A stretch of 64,000 bases of DNA from Desulfosoma sp. (GCA_037481835.1 JBBFKW010000011.1:1-64000); one strand, 5' to 3'; shown: positions 1-10,440, numbered from the stretch's first letter. Made by a program: numbers and translations. The notes: generated from the letters alone by a model not told the origin.

Positions 1-55
1 AAATGGTGCTCAGGAAAGAGGGAAAAGCTTAAAAATGCTTAAGTCAACAGCATTG
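1..55 (+). mobile_element. 3' end and right terminal inverted repeat of an IS4-family element (continues off the left edge)
   Basis: 32..55 (AAAATGCTTAAGTCAACAGCATTG) is the exact reverse complement of 671..694. The end resembles the IS4-type TIR (cAATGC..TTAAG) and encodes the same MLKSTAL tail as the transposase remnant at 671. Confidence 0.75.
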
Positions 56-87
56 CCCTGTAAACGGGGCCTGAAAATTTCCTTCCG

Positions 88-276
88 ATGCGCAACGGAA
101 AACTTCTGGAACGTGCCAAGGAACTGGACATTTATTCCATCTCAGGACGATACCCGGATGCCTTTCCTGCGGGGGCTCCTTTTGAGCTGTTGTCTGCCAA
201 GCAGGCTGAAGCGGCCCTGAAGTCGGCCCGTTTCATCGTGCAATGGGTTCAGCGGGAGTTGCCGCCCGATGAGTGA
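88..276 (+). pseudogene. HEPN-domain protein, C-terminal fragment
   Basis: LLERAKELDIYSISGRYPDAFPAGAPFE matches the HEPN 'LD.YYI..RYP' region. The N-terminus is lost next to the IS end. Confidence 0.75.
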
Positions 277-516
277 TTCGGAGATTCTCATCCGCACCCG
301 GCCGCCCGTGAGTGTACTCAACTTCACCGTGGAAGAGATCGTGGAGCGGCTTCGCCGGGCCCTTTCATCGAACGTCCCCGCAGGTCCTGGGACCTGCTGG
401 ATCTCGGCATGCCGCTGGATATTCTCGTCTATACGCCGGAAGAGTTCGCCCGGCTCTGGAACGAAAAGACGGGCTTTTGGCGCACCATCCGGGAAAACCA
501 CATTTGGATCCCATAA
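269..516 (+). pseudogene. MNT (minimal nucleotidyltransferase) antitoxin, internally deleted and frameshifted
   Basis: The N-terminus MSDSEILIRT..VEEIVERLRRAL overlaps the HEPN stop. Another frame gives LGMPLDILVYTPEEFARLW..., a typical MNT C-terminal motif. The catalytic GS..D.D segment is missing. Confidence 0.7.
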
Positions 517-670
517 CCCCCATGGCGAAAGTCCGCGACAACGAAGGACAAAACCGGCCTTTTGGAAGCAGCCATCTGTGGGGGCGAATCATCATTTCCC
601 CGAGATGCGCCCCCTTGGCGATCATGGCGGAGACGATGAGCTTGCCCGCGCCCGGGCCGGCCTCCCCCGC

Positions 671-1275
671 CAATGCTGTTGACTTAAGCATTTTCGAGCC
701 TTTCCTTCCTGCCCACCATTTGTTGGGGACCCATTTGGTAACACTGTGTTGAGAAGGTCTGCCGGATTTGAACCGGCAGTCTCCTACGCGAGAGATCGCA
801 TGAAGGATCTCCTTAAATATCTCCACCGCCTTGCTGGGATCTTCAGGAACGAGGACGGCGGCTTCCGCTCCCAGAGTCATGACGGCATTTTTGAATTGGA
901 ATTCAGCGCCTTTGGACCCCTCAAGCCTCGAGGTGATCACCATGAGGGTTCTGGCAATCACGGACATGATCACCACGGCCCATCTGCGGAAGTAAAGCTC
1001 AATGAGCTCCTCTTTGGGGAAAGCTGCCTTGTGGAGCGGGTTGGTGAGAAGCACCGAAACCTTTCCTTCGGGGCTTACCAGCCGGATCATTTGCAGTTGG
1101 ATCCCACCGGCTTTCTTGCGCTGCCGGGTTGTGAGCCCCTTGAGGGAGTTGTCGCAAGGGGTGATGCAGACGTCGTCTTCGTGCCGACCGGTGCAAAAGA
1201 AAGCGTGGACGGCCGGGAAAGTGCTTTCGGCTGGACAGCGGGAAAGAAAGTAAGCTTTGTAATTGTCCTAAATCC
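671..1275 (-). mobile_element. IS4-family transposase remnant with right TIR at 671..688
   Basis: The minus strand reads YFLSRCPAESTFPAV...IRLVSPEGKVSVLLTN...LIELYFRRWAV (IS4 Y-x2-R-W motif, then a deletion) and ends in the TIR CAATGCTGTTGACTTAAG. Confidence 0.8.
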
Positions 1276-1463
1276 GTGACGGCTAAGGGGAAGAGCCTCT
1301 CCGGAGCCCTTGGAGCGCCTTTTTTTGAGCACCGCGGCGGCCGATTCACATCAGGATCGGACGCCGCAGCCGTCAAAATCCGGAAAATGTATGACGGATC
1401 AACAAATTGTGCCTCTTTTGGACGCACTTCCTCCTTTAAGGGTGTAAGAGCCCCCAGTGAATG

Positions 1464-1808
1464 TCAGTGATAATCATGGGTGCCGAAGATGACCGGCACG
1501 CCGAACTTGGCTTGGAGCATTTCGGCCATCTGTTCGGGGGTGGCGTAAGGGCAGCCGGGCTTGGCGTTGACCAGGCAGGAGCTGAGGTAAATGGCATCGG
1601 GCTTGATGTCCGACATCTTCAGGGCGACGCCCACATTGGGCGCCGTAGTGCGCCCGGGGCACTCGCATCGGACGAAAGCCGTCACGTGGACGGGTTCTTC
1701 GAATTTCCCTTCCCCGAGGGCGGCCGCCTTGAGGCACCGCCATTCCCCGGAACATCCATAGCCGCTGTCCATGTACGCCCCGCATCCCACGATGGTGACC
1801 TTTTTCAT
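1464..1808 (-). CDS. CGGC-domain (Cys-rich, putative Fe-S/Zn-binding) protein
   Basis: Motifs IVGC..GCSGEWRC, CECPG, IYLSSC..CP and a C-terminal GTH; GGAGG RBS. Confidence 0.85.
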   Translation of the reverse strand: MKKVTIVGCGAYMDSGYGCSGEWRCLKAAALGEGKFEEPVHVTAFVRCECPGRTTAPNVGVALKMSDIKPDAIYLSSCLVNAKPGCPYATPEQMAEMLQAKFGVPVIFGTHDYH

Positions 1809-1927
1809 GGCTGGTCCTCCATGTCCTCCAAAAAGCTCATGAACCCCAAAGCCTTCCTGGAATCCATACCCTCATCCATGGCGTGTCCATTCTTTCACAT
1901 GCCGGGACATGAATCAACCATTTTCAT
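1805..1927 (-). CDS. Candidate 40-aa peptide with an in-frame TGA (possible selenocysteine), or a pseudogene
   Basis: GGAGGT RBS; reads MKMVDSCPGM(TGA)KNGHAMDEGMDSRKALGFMSFLEDMEDQP; the final stop overlaps the CGGC start (ATGA). Confidence 0.4.
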
Positions 1928-2213
1928 GACACCTCCCATGGAAATCATGGGGTCATCTTTCTTTGCATGAGGCATGTACGGCGAAAAAGCCTTAAGCGAT
2001 TCCGGACTGCGGCCGGCGGATCAACGTGCCGATTTTCGCGAAACGCCGTCTCGCCGTTCGGCGTCGGCGCGTCGTTGACCGACGTGGAGAGCCCTTGGTA
2101 AGGTGCAGCGCTGCGTTTCGTGGAGCGGCCCCGCTCTGCGCCCTCTGGGGCCGGGTCGCCTTGTGAACGTCGGCTCGGCCGCATGTAGGAAGCCTTTTCT
2201 TTGGGGGAGGAAC

Positions 2214-3467
2214 ATGCTCCGGATCCAAAGCATTCTGGGTCTTTTTGCTTTCACCGTCATGGCGTGGCTTTTTTCGGAAAACCGGCGCCACATTCCGTGG
2301 CGTGCCGTCCTCGGCGGCATTGCTTTGCAGCTCGGCGTGGCTCTGCTCATGCTCAACGTGCCGGCGGCCCAGCATGGGTTTTTCCTTCTCAACCGGGCGG
2401 TCCAGTCCCTGGCTCAGGCCACCGAAGCCGGCACGAGCCTCGTTTTCGGGTATCTTGGCGGGGGCCCTCTCCCTTTTGAGCCCACCTCACCGGGGGCGAT
2501 CTATATTCTCGCCTTTCGCGGGCTCCCTTTGGTGATCGTGTTGAGCGCCTTGTCTTCTCTTCTGTTTTATTGGAAAGTCATCCCGTGGGTGGTCCGCGCT
2601 CTTGCGTGGTGTTTGCAAAGGAGCACCGGGCTGGGAGGGGCGGAAGCTCTGGGTACGTGCGCCAATATTTTCGTGGGCATGGTGGAAGCGCCGGTCTTGG
2701 TCGGGCCCTACTTGGAAGGCATGTCCCGCAGCGGCCTCTTTACGCTGATGACGGCCGGCATGGCCACCATCGCCGGCACCGTGATGGTCCTCTACGCAAG
2801 CCTCTTGGAAAAGGCGATCCCCGGTGTCATGGGGCATTTGCTCGTCGCCTCCATCATGAGCGCTCCGGCGGCGGTGGTGGTGAGCAAGCTCATGGTGCCC
2901 CCGCCCAAGTCAGTGGAAAACGCCTCCGACCCCTCGCTTGAGATGCGCTCGGGCGCCCAAGGCGCCATGGATGCCATCGCCCAGGGAACCGTGGCGGGCC
3001 TCTCCCTTTTTTTGAACATCGTGGCCATGCTCATCGTGTTCGTGGCCCTGGTGCATTTGGCCAACGCCATCCTGGGCCTCCTTCCCTTCCGGGGCGGCAG
3101 TCCCTGGACGATCCAGCGCCTTCTCGGGGCTTTCATGGCACCCCTGACGTGGCTCATGGGAATGACATGGGACGAAGCCGTATTGGCGGGACGCCTCATG
3201 GGGGTGAAAACCGTCCTCAATGAATTCGTCGCCTACTTGGATTTGGCGGCCCTTGGAGAGGAAGCCCTGAGCCTCCGGGCTCGCCTCATCATCACCTACG
3301 CCCTGTGCGGGTTCGCCAACATGGGGTCTTTGGGCATTATGATCGGCGGGCTGGGCGCCATGGTTCCATCCCGCCGCTCGGAAATCGTGACCTTGGGGAT
3401 GCGATCCATCGTGGCCGGCACTTTGGCCACCGCCATGACCGGTGCGGTCATCGGGATCCTCTACTGA
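2214..3467 (+). CDS. nupC: CNT/NupC-family nucleoside:cation symporter
   Basis: Motifs [28 protein letters not shown] and [16 protein letters not shown] before ATG 2214. Confidence 0.92.
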   Translation: MLRIQSILGLFAFTVMAWLFSENRRHIPWRAVLGGIALQLGVALLMLNVPAAQHGFFLLNRAVQSLAQATEAGTSLVFGYLGGGPLPFEPTSPGAIYILAFRGLPLVIVLSALSSLLFYWKVIPWVVRALAWCLQRSTGLGGAEALGTCANIFVGMVEAPVLVGPYLEGMSRSGLFTLMTAGMATIAGTVMVLYASLLEKAIPGVMGHLLVASIMSAPAAVVVSKLMVPPPKSVENASDPSLEMRSGAQGAMDAIAQGTVAGLSLFLNIVAMLIVFVALVHLANAILGLLPFRGGSPWTIQRLLGAFMAPLTWLMGMTWDEAVLAGRLMGVKTVLNEFVAYLDLAALGEEALSLRARLIITYALCGFANMGSLGIMIGGLGAMVPSRRSEIVTLGMRSIVAGTLATAMTGAVIGILY

Positions 3468-3493
3468 GCCGAACGGCACGGAAAGACCTTCTT

Positions 3494-5290
3494 ATGAAAC
3501 ACATCAGGAATTTCAGCATCATTGCCCACGTCGATCATGGAAAATCCACCCTGGCGGATCGGCTCATCCAGGCGGCGGGGCTCGTCCCGGAGCGGGAATT
3601 TCGGGATCAGATCCTGGACACCTTGGATCTGGAGCGGGAACGGGGGATCACCATCAAGAGCAACACGGTGACGCTCCCGTATCGGGCCCCCGACGGCCTC
3701 ACCTACGCGTTGAATCTTATCGATACCCCCGGTCACGTGGACTTTTCTTACGAGGTGTCCCGGGCTCTTGCATCCTGTGAAGGGGTGCTTCTGCTCGTAG
3801 ATGCCGCCCAGGGGGTGGAGGCCCAAACCCTGGCCAACCTCTACGCGGCCATGGAGCATGATCTGGTGATCGTTCCCGTGATCAACAAGATCGACCTGCC
3901 GTCCGCCGATGTGGATCGGGTCAAGGAGGAAATCGAAAACGAACTTGCCCTGGATGCGGACAAGGCCGTGTTGTGCTCGGCCAAGGAAGGGATCGGAATC
4001 GACGAGGTCTTTCAGGCCGTCGTGGAACGCATCCCGCCTCCCCAGGGCGACCCTGAGGCGCCGCTGGCCGCCTTGGTTTTCGACGCCCAGTACGATCCTT
4101 TTCGAGGGGCCGTGGTGGCCTGCCGCATCTTCGACGGGCGGATCCGGACGGGGGACCGCATCCGGTTTTTTTCCAACGGCGCCGTCTACAGGGTGGAAGA
4201 AGTGGGCGTGTTCCGCCTCAAGCGGGAACCTCGGCGGAGCCTGGAAGCGGGAGAGGTGGGCTATATCATCGCCGGGATCAAGACCGTGAGCGATGTGCGC
4301 ATCGGGGATACGATCACTCTGGACGACAACCCGGCGGCCCGGCCCCTTCCGGGATTTCGTGAAGTCAAGCCTGTCGTTTTTTCATCCATCTATCCGGTCT
4401 CATCCGACGATTATCCGTCGCTGCAGGATGCTCTGGAAAAGTACACGCTGAACGATGCGGCCCTGGTGTATCAGAAGGATTCCTCGGCCGCCCTGGGCCA
4501 GGGGTTCCGGTGCGGCTTCCTGGGGCTGCTCCATCTGGAAATCGTCCAGGAGCGGCTGGAGCGCGAATACGACCAATCCCTCATCATGACCATTCCCAGC
4601 GTCCAGTATCGGTTCACCCTGGATACGGGAGAGGTGCGCGTCGTAGAAAACCCTCAGTATTATCCGGATCCTGTGCATATCACGGCAACGGAGGAGCCCT
4701 ACATTCGAGCCGTCATCCTGTGCCCGGAACGCTACATGGGCGCCGTCATGAAGCTCTGCACGGAACGGCGCGGCGAAAATCCCCGGTTCAGCGTCCCCGG
4801 TCCCGGCCGGGTGGAGATCGTCTTCGACATGCCCCTGGCGGAAGTCATCTACGATTTCTATGACCGGCTGAAGACCGTCACCCAGGGCTACGGATCCTTC
4901 GACTACGAAATGATCGGCTATCGACCCAGCGATCTTGTGAAGTTGGACATTTTGGTCAACGGCGAAAAGGTCGATGCCCTCTCGCTCATCGTCCACAGGG
5001 AGCGAGCCCGGCCGTGGGCCGTCCAAGTGTGCGAACGGCTCAAAGAGGAAATTCCAAGACACCAGTTCAAAATCGCCATCCAAGGGGCCGTGGGCGGTAA
5101 GATCATCGCCCGTTCCACCATTTCCCCGTTCCGCAAGGACGTGACAGCCAAGTGTTACGGAGGCGACATCACGAGAAAGCGTAAGCTTTTGGAAAAACAA
5201 AAAAAGGGGAAAAAACGCATGAAGATGGTGGGATCCGTTTCCATCCCGCAGAGCGCCTTCGTGGCGGTGCTCAAAACGGACAAGGAGTGA
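3494..5290 (+). CDS. lepA: Elongation factor 4 (LepA)
   Basis: [28 protein letters not shown] and the C-terminal [19 protein letters not shown]. Confidence 0.98.
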   Translation: MKHIRNFSIIAHVDHGKSTLADRLIQAAGLVPEREFRDQILDTLDLERERGITIKSNTVTLPYRAPDGLTYALNLIDTPGHVDFSYEVSRALASCEGVLLLVDAAQGVEAQTLANLYAAMEHDLVIVPVINKIDLPSADVDRVKEEIENELALDADKAVLCSAKEGIGIDEVFQAVVERIPPPQGDPEAPLAALVFDAQYDPFRGAVVACRIFDGRIRTGDRIRFFSNGAVYRVEEVGVFRLKREPRRSLEAGEVGYIIAGIKTVSDVRIGDTITLDDNPAARPLPGFREVKPVVFSSIYPVSSDDYPSLQDALEKYTLNDAALVYQKDSSAALGQGFRCGFLGLLHLEIVQERLEREYDQSLIMTIPSVQYRFTLDTGEVRVVENPQYYPDPVHITATEEPYIRAVILCPERYMGAVMKLCTERRGENPRFSVPGPGRVEIVFDMPLAEVIYDFYDRLKTVTQGYGSFDYEMIGYRPSDLVKLDILVNGEKVDALSLIVHRERARPWAVQVCERLKEEIPRHQFKIAIQGAVGGKIIARSTISPFRKDVTAKCYGGDITRKRKLLEKQKKGKKRMKMVGSVSIPQSAFVAVLKTDKE

Positions 5291-5305
5291 TGGGGGCGAC
5301 CGATC

Positions 5306-6412
5306 GTGGACGGTCATGCCGGGCTCTACATCCATGTGCCATTTTGCCGGGGCAAGTGCGCGTACTGCGGATTCTATTCCGTGACAGCCGTGGGTGAGGT
5401 TTCGGCGTGGGTGGAGGCGGTGCTGAAAGAGGCGGACCTTTATCGGGATCGTTTCGGCCCCTTCGGCTCGCTGTACTTGGGGGGCGGCACACCGAGCCTC
5501 CTTGGGGCCGCCGACCTGCGGAAGCTCCTTGGGGGCGTGAGGGCCAGGTTTTCTTTCGCTCAAGGATGCGAAATCACTCTGGAAGCCAACCCCGAAGACG
5601 TGCTTCAAGATAAGGCGGCCCTATGGCGGGATGAAGGCATCGAACGGATCAGCGTCGGGGTTCAGAGCTTCGACGACGCTTTTTTGGCAAAACTCGGAAG
5701 ACGCCACACGGCCCGCCAGGCCGTCAAGGCTTTGGAAACGCTGCGGCGAGCAGGCTGCGCCAACCTGAGCGTGGATCTCATGTGGGCCTTGCCGAGCCAA
5801 AACTTGGAGCATTGGAGGCGCACGCTGGAAACGGCGCTTTCCTTCGACCCGGAGCATCTTTCGTGCTACGAGCTCACCGTGGAACGAGGAACGGCCTTGG
5901 AGGCCGCGATGCAGGGCATTTCCCCGTTCGATGAAGCCCTGGCCTGTGTTTTTTTCCGAAAGACTTCGGAGTTTCTGCGCCGCCGGGGCTATGTCCACTA
6001 TGAAATTTCCAACTACGCCCGGTCCCGAGCCTTCGTCTCCAGGCACAATGCCAAGTATTGGCGCCATGTGCCGTACCTCGGCCTGGGCCCTGCGGCCCAT
6101 TCCTTCGACGGACAAAGCCGGTGGGCCAACGTGAAATCGGTGAGGCGCTACGCGGCGGGGATTCGGCAGGGCGTCTCGGTTGTCCAATTCCGCGAGGAAC
6201 TCACCGTGGAACAGAGGCGCCTGGAGCGGCTGTTTTTGGGCTTTCGCACTCACGACGGGGTTTCTCTGGACGTGGTGGGACGTTCCCCGGAAGCTCGACG
6301 CGCCCTCCGTCGGGCGGTGCGCCGGGACCTCCTGCGTATCCGAAACGGCCGCCTCGTCCCGACCGTCAAAGGGTGGCTCATCGCCGACCGGCTGCCGCTC
6401 CTCTTTCCATAA
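5306..6412 (+). CDS. hemW: Radical SAM heme chaperone HemW (HemN-like)
   Basis: LYIHVPFCRGKCAYCGF, GGGTPS, YEISNYAR and HNAKYW; conserved lepA-hemW gene order. Confidence 0.92.
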   Translation: MDGHAGLYIHVPFCRGKCAYCGFYSVTAVGEVSAWVEAVLKEADLYRDRFGPFGSLYLGGGTPSLLGAADLRKLLGGVRARFSFAQGCEITLEANPEDVLQDKAALWRDEGIERISVGVQSFDDAFLAKLGRRHTARQAVKALETLRRAGCANLSVDLMWALPSQNLEHWRRTLETALSFDPEHLSCYELTVERGTALEAAMQGISPFDEALACVFFRKTSEFLRRRGYVHYEISNYARSRAFVSRHNAKYWRHVPYLGLGPAAHSFDGQSRWANVKSVRRYAAGIRQGVSVVQFREELTVEQRRLERLFLGFRTHDGVSLDVVGRSPEARRALRRAVRRDLLRIRNGRLVPTVKGWLIADRLPLLFP

Positions 6413-6455
6413 AATTCTGGAATACAATGAATATGGCGGACGGGGAGACGGGCTT

Positions 6456-7907
6456 ATGAAAAGGTGGATCGAGAAGAAACTGAACATCAGGCAAAAGATC
6501 GCCTGCGGCCTCGGTTTGCTCACGGTGGCCGTGGCCATGGTGGGCGGGCTTTCCTACAAGTACCTTTTGGAGATTGAAAAAAAGATCCATTTCGTGGAAT
6601 TCGCCGATGACCTCAGCAACACCATTCTGGAAATTCGCCGGTATGAAAAGAATTTTTTTCTCTATCATCTCGATGACGCCCTTCAGGAAAACGAGGCCTA
6701 TCTCAACAAGGCCCTGGAAATGATCCAAGCCTGGTCGCCCGAGATGCGCCGTTTGCATGGAACGGTTTTTCTCGACGAGATTTATCGGGAGCTTACGGCT
6801 TACCGGACGTTCATGAACGAGCTCGCCGAACGACAGCCACAGGGTAAAGATTTCGAGAACCTTGAGACCGACATCCGTGAAAGCGGGAAAAAGCTCGTGG
6901 ATCGTGCCAACCGGCTGGTCGCCTTTGAACGGCAGCGGATCCTCGAAATCATTCGTTCGCTGAAAACGCAGCTCATCGCCTCCCTGTTCGGGTTGGTCGT
7001 GTTCAGCATTTTCCTGCTGCCGCTTGTGACTCGAAAGATCATTCGCCCCTTGCGGGTGATCGAGGAGTCAACGATGAAAATCGCCCGGGGAGACTTCCGA
7101 CTTGTGGAAGTGCCGGCGACGCACGATGAGACGGAGCAAGTGCTCCAGGCTTTCAACCGCATGGTCACCGAGCTGGAGCGGCGCCAGAACCAGCTCGTGC
7201 AAACCAAGAAACTGGCCTCGTTGGGGATCCTGACGTCGGGGATCGCCCATCAGCTGAACAACCCGCTCAACAACATTTCCACGTCCTGCCAGATCGCTCT
7301 TGAAGAGCTGCGCTCCGGCGATCTGGATTTTCTGCACAAACTGTTGGTCAACGTGGAACAGGAGGTGGCTCGGGCCCGGGATATCGTCAAAGGCCTTTTG
7401 GAATTCGCCAGGGTGAAGGAGTTCAACATCGTGCCCACGGGCCTGCGAAGCCTCGTGGAACGGACGGCGAAACTCCTCTCGAGCCAGGTTCCGTCAGGGA
7501 TTGAGATGGAAATCGACATCCCGGAAGATCTCATCGTGCCGCTCGACCCCCAACGGATGCAGCAGGTGTTTCTCAATCTGTACATGAACGCGGTTCAGGC
7601 CATAAAAGACGGCACGGGACGCATCACCACGAAGGCCTGGACCGACCCCCACAACGAAAAGGTTTTTATCGTTGTGGAAGATACGGGGTGCGGGATTGAT
7701 CCAGAAGATCTGGGAAAAATTTTTGATCCTTTCTTTACCACCAAGGAAGTGGGCATGGGCACGGGATTGGGCTTATCCATCTGTTACGGCATCATCGAAC
7801 AGCACCACGGGTCCATCATGGCGGTCAGTCACGTGGGAGAAGGCACACGATTCACCATCACGCTGCCTCTCAGGGCGCCGGGAGTGGAGGAGGGGCGCAG
7901 CGCATGA
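6456..7907 (+). CDS. Membrane sensor histidine kinase (periplasmic domain, HAMP, HisKA, HATPase)
   Basis: Two TM segments, IRRYEKNF, H-box GIAHQLNNPL, DPFFTTKEVGMGTGLGL. Confidence 0.93.
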   Translation: MKRWIEKKLNIRQKIACGLGLLTVAVAMVGGLSYKYLLEIEKKIHFVEFADDLSNTILEIRRYEKNFFLYHLDDALQENEAYLNKALEMIQAWSPEMRRLHGTVFLDEIYRELTAYRTFMNELAERQPQGKDFENLETDIRESGKKLVDRANRLVAFERQRILEIIRSLKTQLIASLFGLVVFSIFLLPLVTRKIIRPLRVIEESTMKIARGDFRLVEVPATHDETEQVLQAFNRMVTELERRQNQLVQTKKLASLGILTSGIAHQLNNPLNNISTSCQIALEELRSGDLDFLHKLLVNVEQEVARARDIVKGLLEFARVKEFNIVPTGLRSLVERTAKLLSSQVPSGIEMEIDIPEDLIVPLDPQRMQQVFLNLYMNAVQAIKDGTGRITTKAWTDPHNEKVFIVVEDTGCGIDPEDLGKIFDPFFTTKEVGMGTGLGLSICYGIIEQHHGSIMAVSHVGEGTRFTITLPLRAPGVEEGRSA

Positions 7908-9253
7908 CAGCGGCCACCGTGCTCATTGTGGACGATGAACGGATCGCCCGGGAAAATTTAGCCCATGTGATCGCCAAAGAGGGCCATCGCGTGGTTGTTG
8001 CGGAAAACGGCGAGAAGGCCCTGCGCGAAATGGAAAAGCAGACCTTCGATCTCGTCTTGACGGACCTCAAGATGGAAAACATCGGAGGCATGGCGGTCCT
8101 GGAACGCTGCAAGGAAATCAGTCCGACCACGGAGGTCATCATCATCACCGGATACGCCAGCGTGTCCTCGGCGGTGGAGGCCATGCAGAAAGGCGCCTAT
8201 TATTACCTTCCCAAGCCGTTCAAGCTCGATGAGGTCCGCCATCTCGTCCGCAACGCACTGGAAAGGCGGTTCCTGCGCCGGGAGGTTCAGGAACTGCGGC
8301 GCCAGGTTGCCGAAGGGACCTCGAAATCGCCCCTTATCGGCCGGAGCGCCAAGATGCAGGCGCTTCAGAGGATGATCGAGCAGATCGCCCCGACGGACTG
8401 TAACGTCTTGATTCTGGGGGAGACGGGCACGGGCAAGGAGCTGGTGGCTCGGACGATCCATCAGTTGAGCCACAGGGCCGACAAGCGGTTCTTGGCCATA
8501 AACTGCGCGGCGTTCTCCGAAGAGCTTTTGGCCAATGAGCTCTTCGGGCATGAGAAGGAAGCCTTCACGGGAGCCCGGAGCGTCAAGCTGGGACTCCTGG
8601 AGGCGGCCTCCGGCGGGACCGTGTTCTTGGACGAAGTGGGGGATATGCCTTTGTCCATGCAGGCAAAACTGCTTCGCGTCCTCCAGGAAAAACGCCTCAT
8701 GCGCGTCGGCGGCACGGAAGAAATCGCCGTGGACATTCGCGTGGTGGCGGCCACCAATAAGGATTTGTCCAAGGAGATGGTTTCCAACAAATTCCGGCAA
8801 GACCTGTACTACCGACTCAACGTGGTCACCCTCTATGTGCCCCCCCTCGCGGAACGCAAGGAAGACATTCCTCTGTTGTGCCGACATTTCCTTGAGAAGG
8901 CGGCGGCCAACCAGGGCAAAGACGTCCGCGACATGGCCCCGGAAGTGCTGGACACCTTGCTCCGCTATGAATTTCCCGGCAACGTGCGGGAACTCGAAAA
9001 CATGATCGAACGGGCCGTGGCCCTGGCTCAAGGTCCCACGATCCTTGTGGAACATCTGCCGCCCGATCTTCAGCAGATCACCTTGCGTGTGAACCGCCCA
9101 CCCTTTCGGGAATTTCTCACGTTGGAAGAAGCCGAAAAGGAATACATCCTCTGGGTTTTGAAGAAGGTGCGCGGAAACAGAACGCGTGCCGCGGAAATCT
9201 TGGGGATCAACCGCGCTTCCCTATGGAGGAAACTCAAGGCGTATAACCTTTAA
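7904..9253 (+). CDS. Sigma-54-dependent response regulator (NtrC family)
   Basis: REC domain, GETGTGKE, ELFGHEKEAFTGA, FPGNVREL and a Fis-type HTH; overlaps the kinase stop (ATGA). Confidence 0.96.
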   Translation: MTAATVLIVDDERIARENLAHVIAKEGHRVVVAENGEKALREMEKQTFDLVLTDLKMENIGGMAVLERCKEISPTTEVIIITGYASVSSAVEAMQKGAYYYLPKPFKLDEVRHLVRNALERRFLRREVQELRRQVAEGTSKSPLIGRSAKMQALQRMIEQIAPTDCNVLILGETGTGKELVARTIHQLSHRADKRFLAINCAAFSEELLANELFGHEKEAFTGARSVKLGLLEAASGGTVFLDEVGDMPLSMQAKLLRVLQEKRLMRVGGTEEIAVDIRVVAATNKDLSKEMVSNKFRQDLYYRLNVVTLYVPPLAERKEDIPLLCRHFLEKAAANQGKDVRDMAPEVLDTLLRYEFPGNVRELENMIERAVALAQGPTILVEHLPPDLQQITLRVNRPPFREFLTLEEAEKEYILWVLKKVRGNRTRAAEILGINRASLWRKLKAYNL

Positions 9254-9592
9254 GCCGGTCTTCCCAAAAATGATCCGTATGTCCACATGGAGATGGCGCA
9301 TGTGTTCATCAACATGGGGGAGGCAAAGCGGGCGAAGGAGCACCTGGATACGGCGAAGCGGCTTTTCATGCTCTGGCGCGCCGAAGACAAGCGGCTTCGC
9401 AATCAGCATGAGCGCGAATCGGTCATGTCACGTCTCAAGGCCCTTGGGGTTGCCCTTCGTGCCGTCGAGGGGGATTTGGAATATGCCGAGGCGTGGTATG
9501 CAGAAAATTACAACCGAACGCCTTCCGCCAAATTGGTGGGGGTGGCTATCGACAGGATGCGCCGCAAGCTGAGCAAACTTGCCCAAGAATAA
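9254..9592 (+). pseudogene. Helical (TPR-like) protein, probably a C-terminal fragment
   Basis: The frame is open from the preceding stop: PKNDPYVHMEMAHVFINMGEAKRAKEHLDTA is TPR-like. There is no clear RBS before ATG 9287. Confidence 0.45.
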
Positions 9593-9600
9593 TCGCCGCG

Positions 9601-9727
9601 CAAGCCCCATGCCTTTAGGCATGAGGACAAGCGGCATCAAGGGCTTGATTTATTTTGCTGTGGTTTACGAGTTTCCGCCGGGAAAGCCACCTAGACCCCC
9701 CCCCGCCTTTAGGCGTGGGGAGGTTCA
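9601..9727 (+). mobile_element. Non-autonomous IS200/IS605-type remnant (two subterminal hairpins, no ORF)
   Basis: Left hairpin CAAGCCCCATGCCTTTAGGCATGAGG and right hairpin CCCCCGCCTTTAGGCGTGGGGAGGTTCA share the GCCTTTAGGC core typical of IS605/IS1341 ends. Confidence 0.65.
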
Positions 9728-9728
9728 G

Positions 9729-9788
9729 GCGCAACGGTCAGCATCAGCGGCGCCGCGAAGCGCCGTCCGCTGCATGCTGTTATTAGCC
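9729..9788 (-). mobile_element. Integron attC site (60 bp)
   Basis: Minus strand: R'' GGCTAAT, 5-nt spacer, L'' CATGCAGC, central palindrome, L' GCTGATG (pairs with L'' leaving one extrahelical G), 6-nt spacer, R' GTTGCGC. It lies 3 nt after the ORF stop. Confidence 0.85.
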
Positions 9789-9791
9789 GGG

Positions 9792-10424
9792 TCATCTGCT
9801 GGCTTTTGGCGACAGCTGAACATATGCGTCCTCCGCAGACAAGTAGCCGCCAGACAGCTTCAGTCTGTAAGTCCGATCCTTGGGCACGTCGAAAACAACG
9901 AATCCCTGCTTGCTCACGGATGGATTTAGGCTCTCCAGCATACCGATTGCGCCGTCGACCGCCCAACTCCTACTGCTCGCCTCGTATTCTGCACCGTTCT
10001 GATCGATCAGTTTGAGAGGCGGGACCATGCGGGCCTTCTTGTCATCATTACGAATGGTTAGCTCGACGAATAGATACGCGGCGTTTGGACGCTCATTGAG
10101 GAACTGATTGTCGCTAAGGCGATTGGACCACCAGGATTGCCAGACAGCGTAGGACATGTAGCCGACATGAACGGTTTCTCGTTCCTTGTGAACTGCCTTG
10201 GTCTTCGCCCCGCTCGCTGGCTGCGATTGCGATTCCCGGCGGTTTGTGTTGGAGCCCTCCTTCATAAGGGAACCGATCACGCCGAGAACGATGAAGATCA
10301 AGAAGGCTGCGCCGATGTATCCCAAGCACCCGGTCTTCTTTTTGAGGACTGCCCCGCAGTTGGGACATGCGGTCGCCTCGGTACTCACGGCGTTTCCGCA
10401 CTCTTTGCATTTCTTCAACGCCAT
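9792..10424 (-). CDS. Cassette-borne zinc-ribbon + TM + DUF4352-like (Ig-fold) protein
   Basis: N-terminal CKECG..CPNCG ribbon, one TM helix, then YLFVELTIRN..LIDQNGAEY..LNP..GFVVFDVP (DUF4352-like); GAAGGAG RBS. Confidence 0.8.
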   Translation of the reverse strand: MALKKCKECGNAVSTEATACPNCGAVLKKKTGCLGYIGAAFLIFIVLGVIGSLMKEGSNTNRRESQSQPASGAKTKAVHKERETVHVGYMSYAVWQSWWSNRLSDNQFLNERPNAAYLFVELTIRNDDKKARMVPPLKLIDQNGAEYEASSRSWAVDGAIGMLESLNPSVSKQGFVVFDVPKDRTYRLKLSGGYLSAEDAYVQLSPKASR

Positions 10425-10440
10425 CGGTCTCTCCTTCGCC

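Noticed and set aside
3305..3493. N-terminal extensions in the ORF track (lepA 3305, kinase 6180, ald 30244, korB 46375, mqnD 60719)
   Set aside because: They overlap upstream genes or lack an RBS. Downstream starts match the family N-termini.
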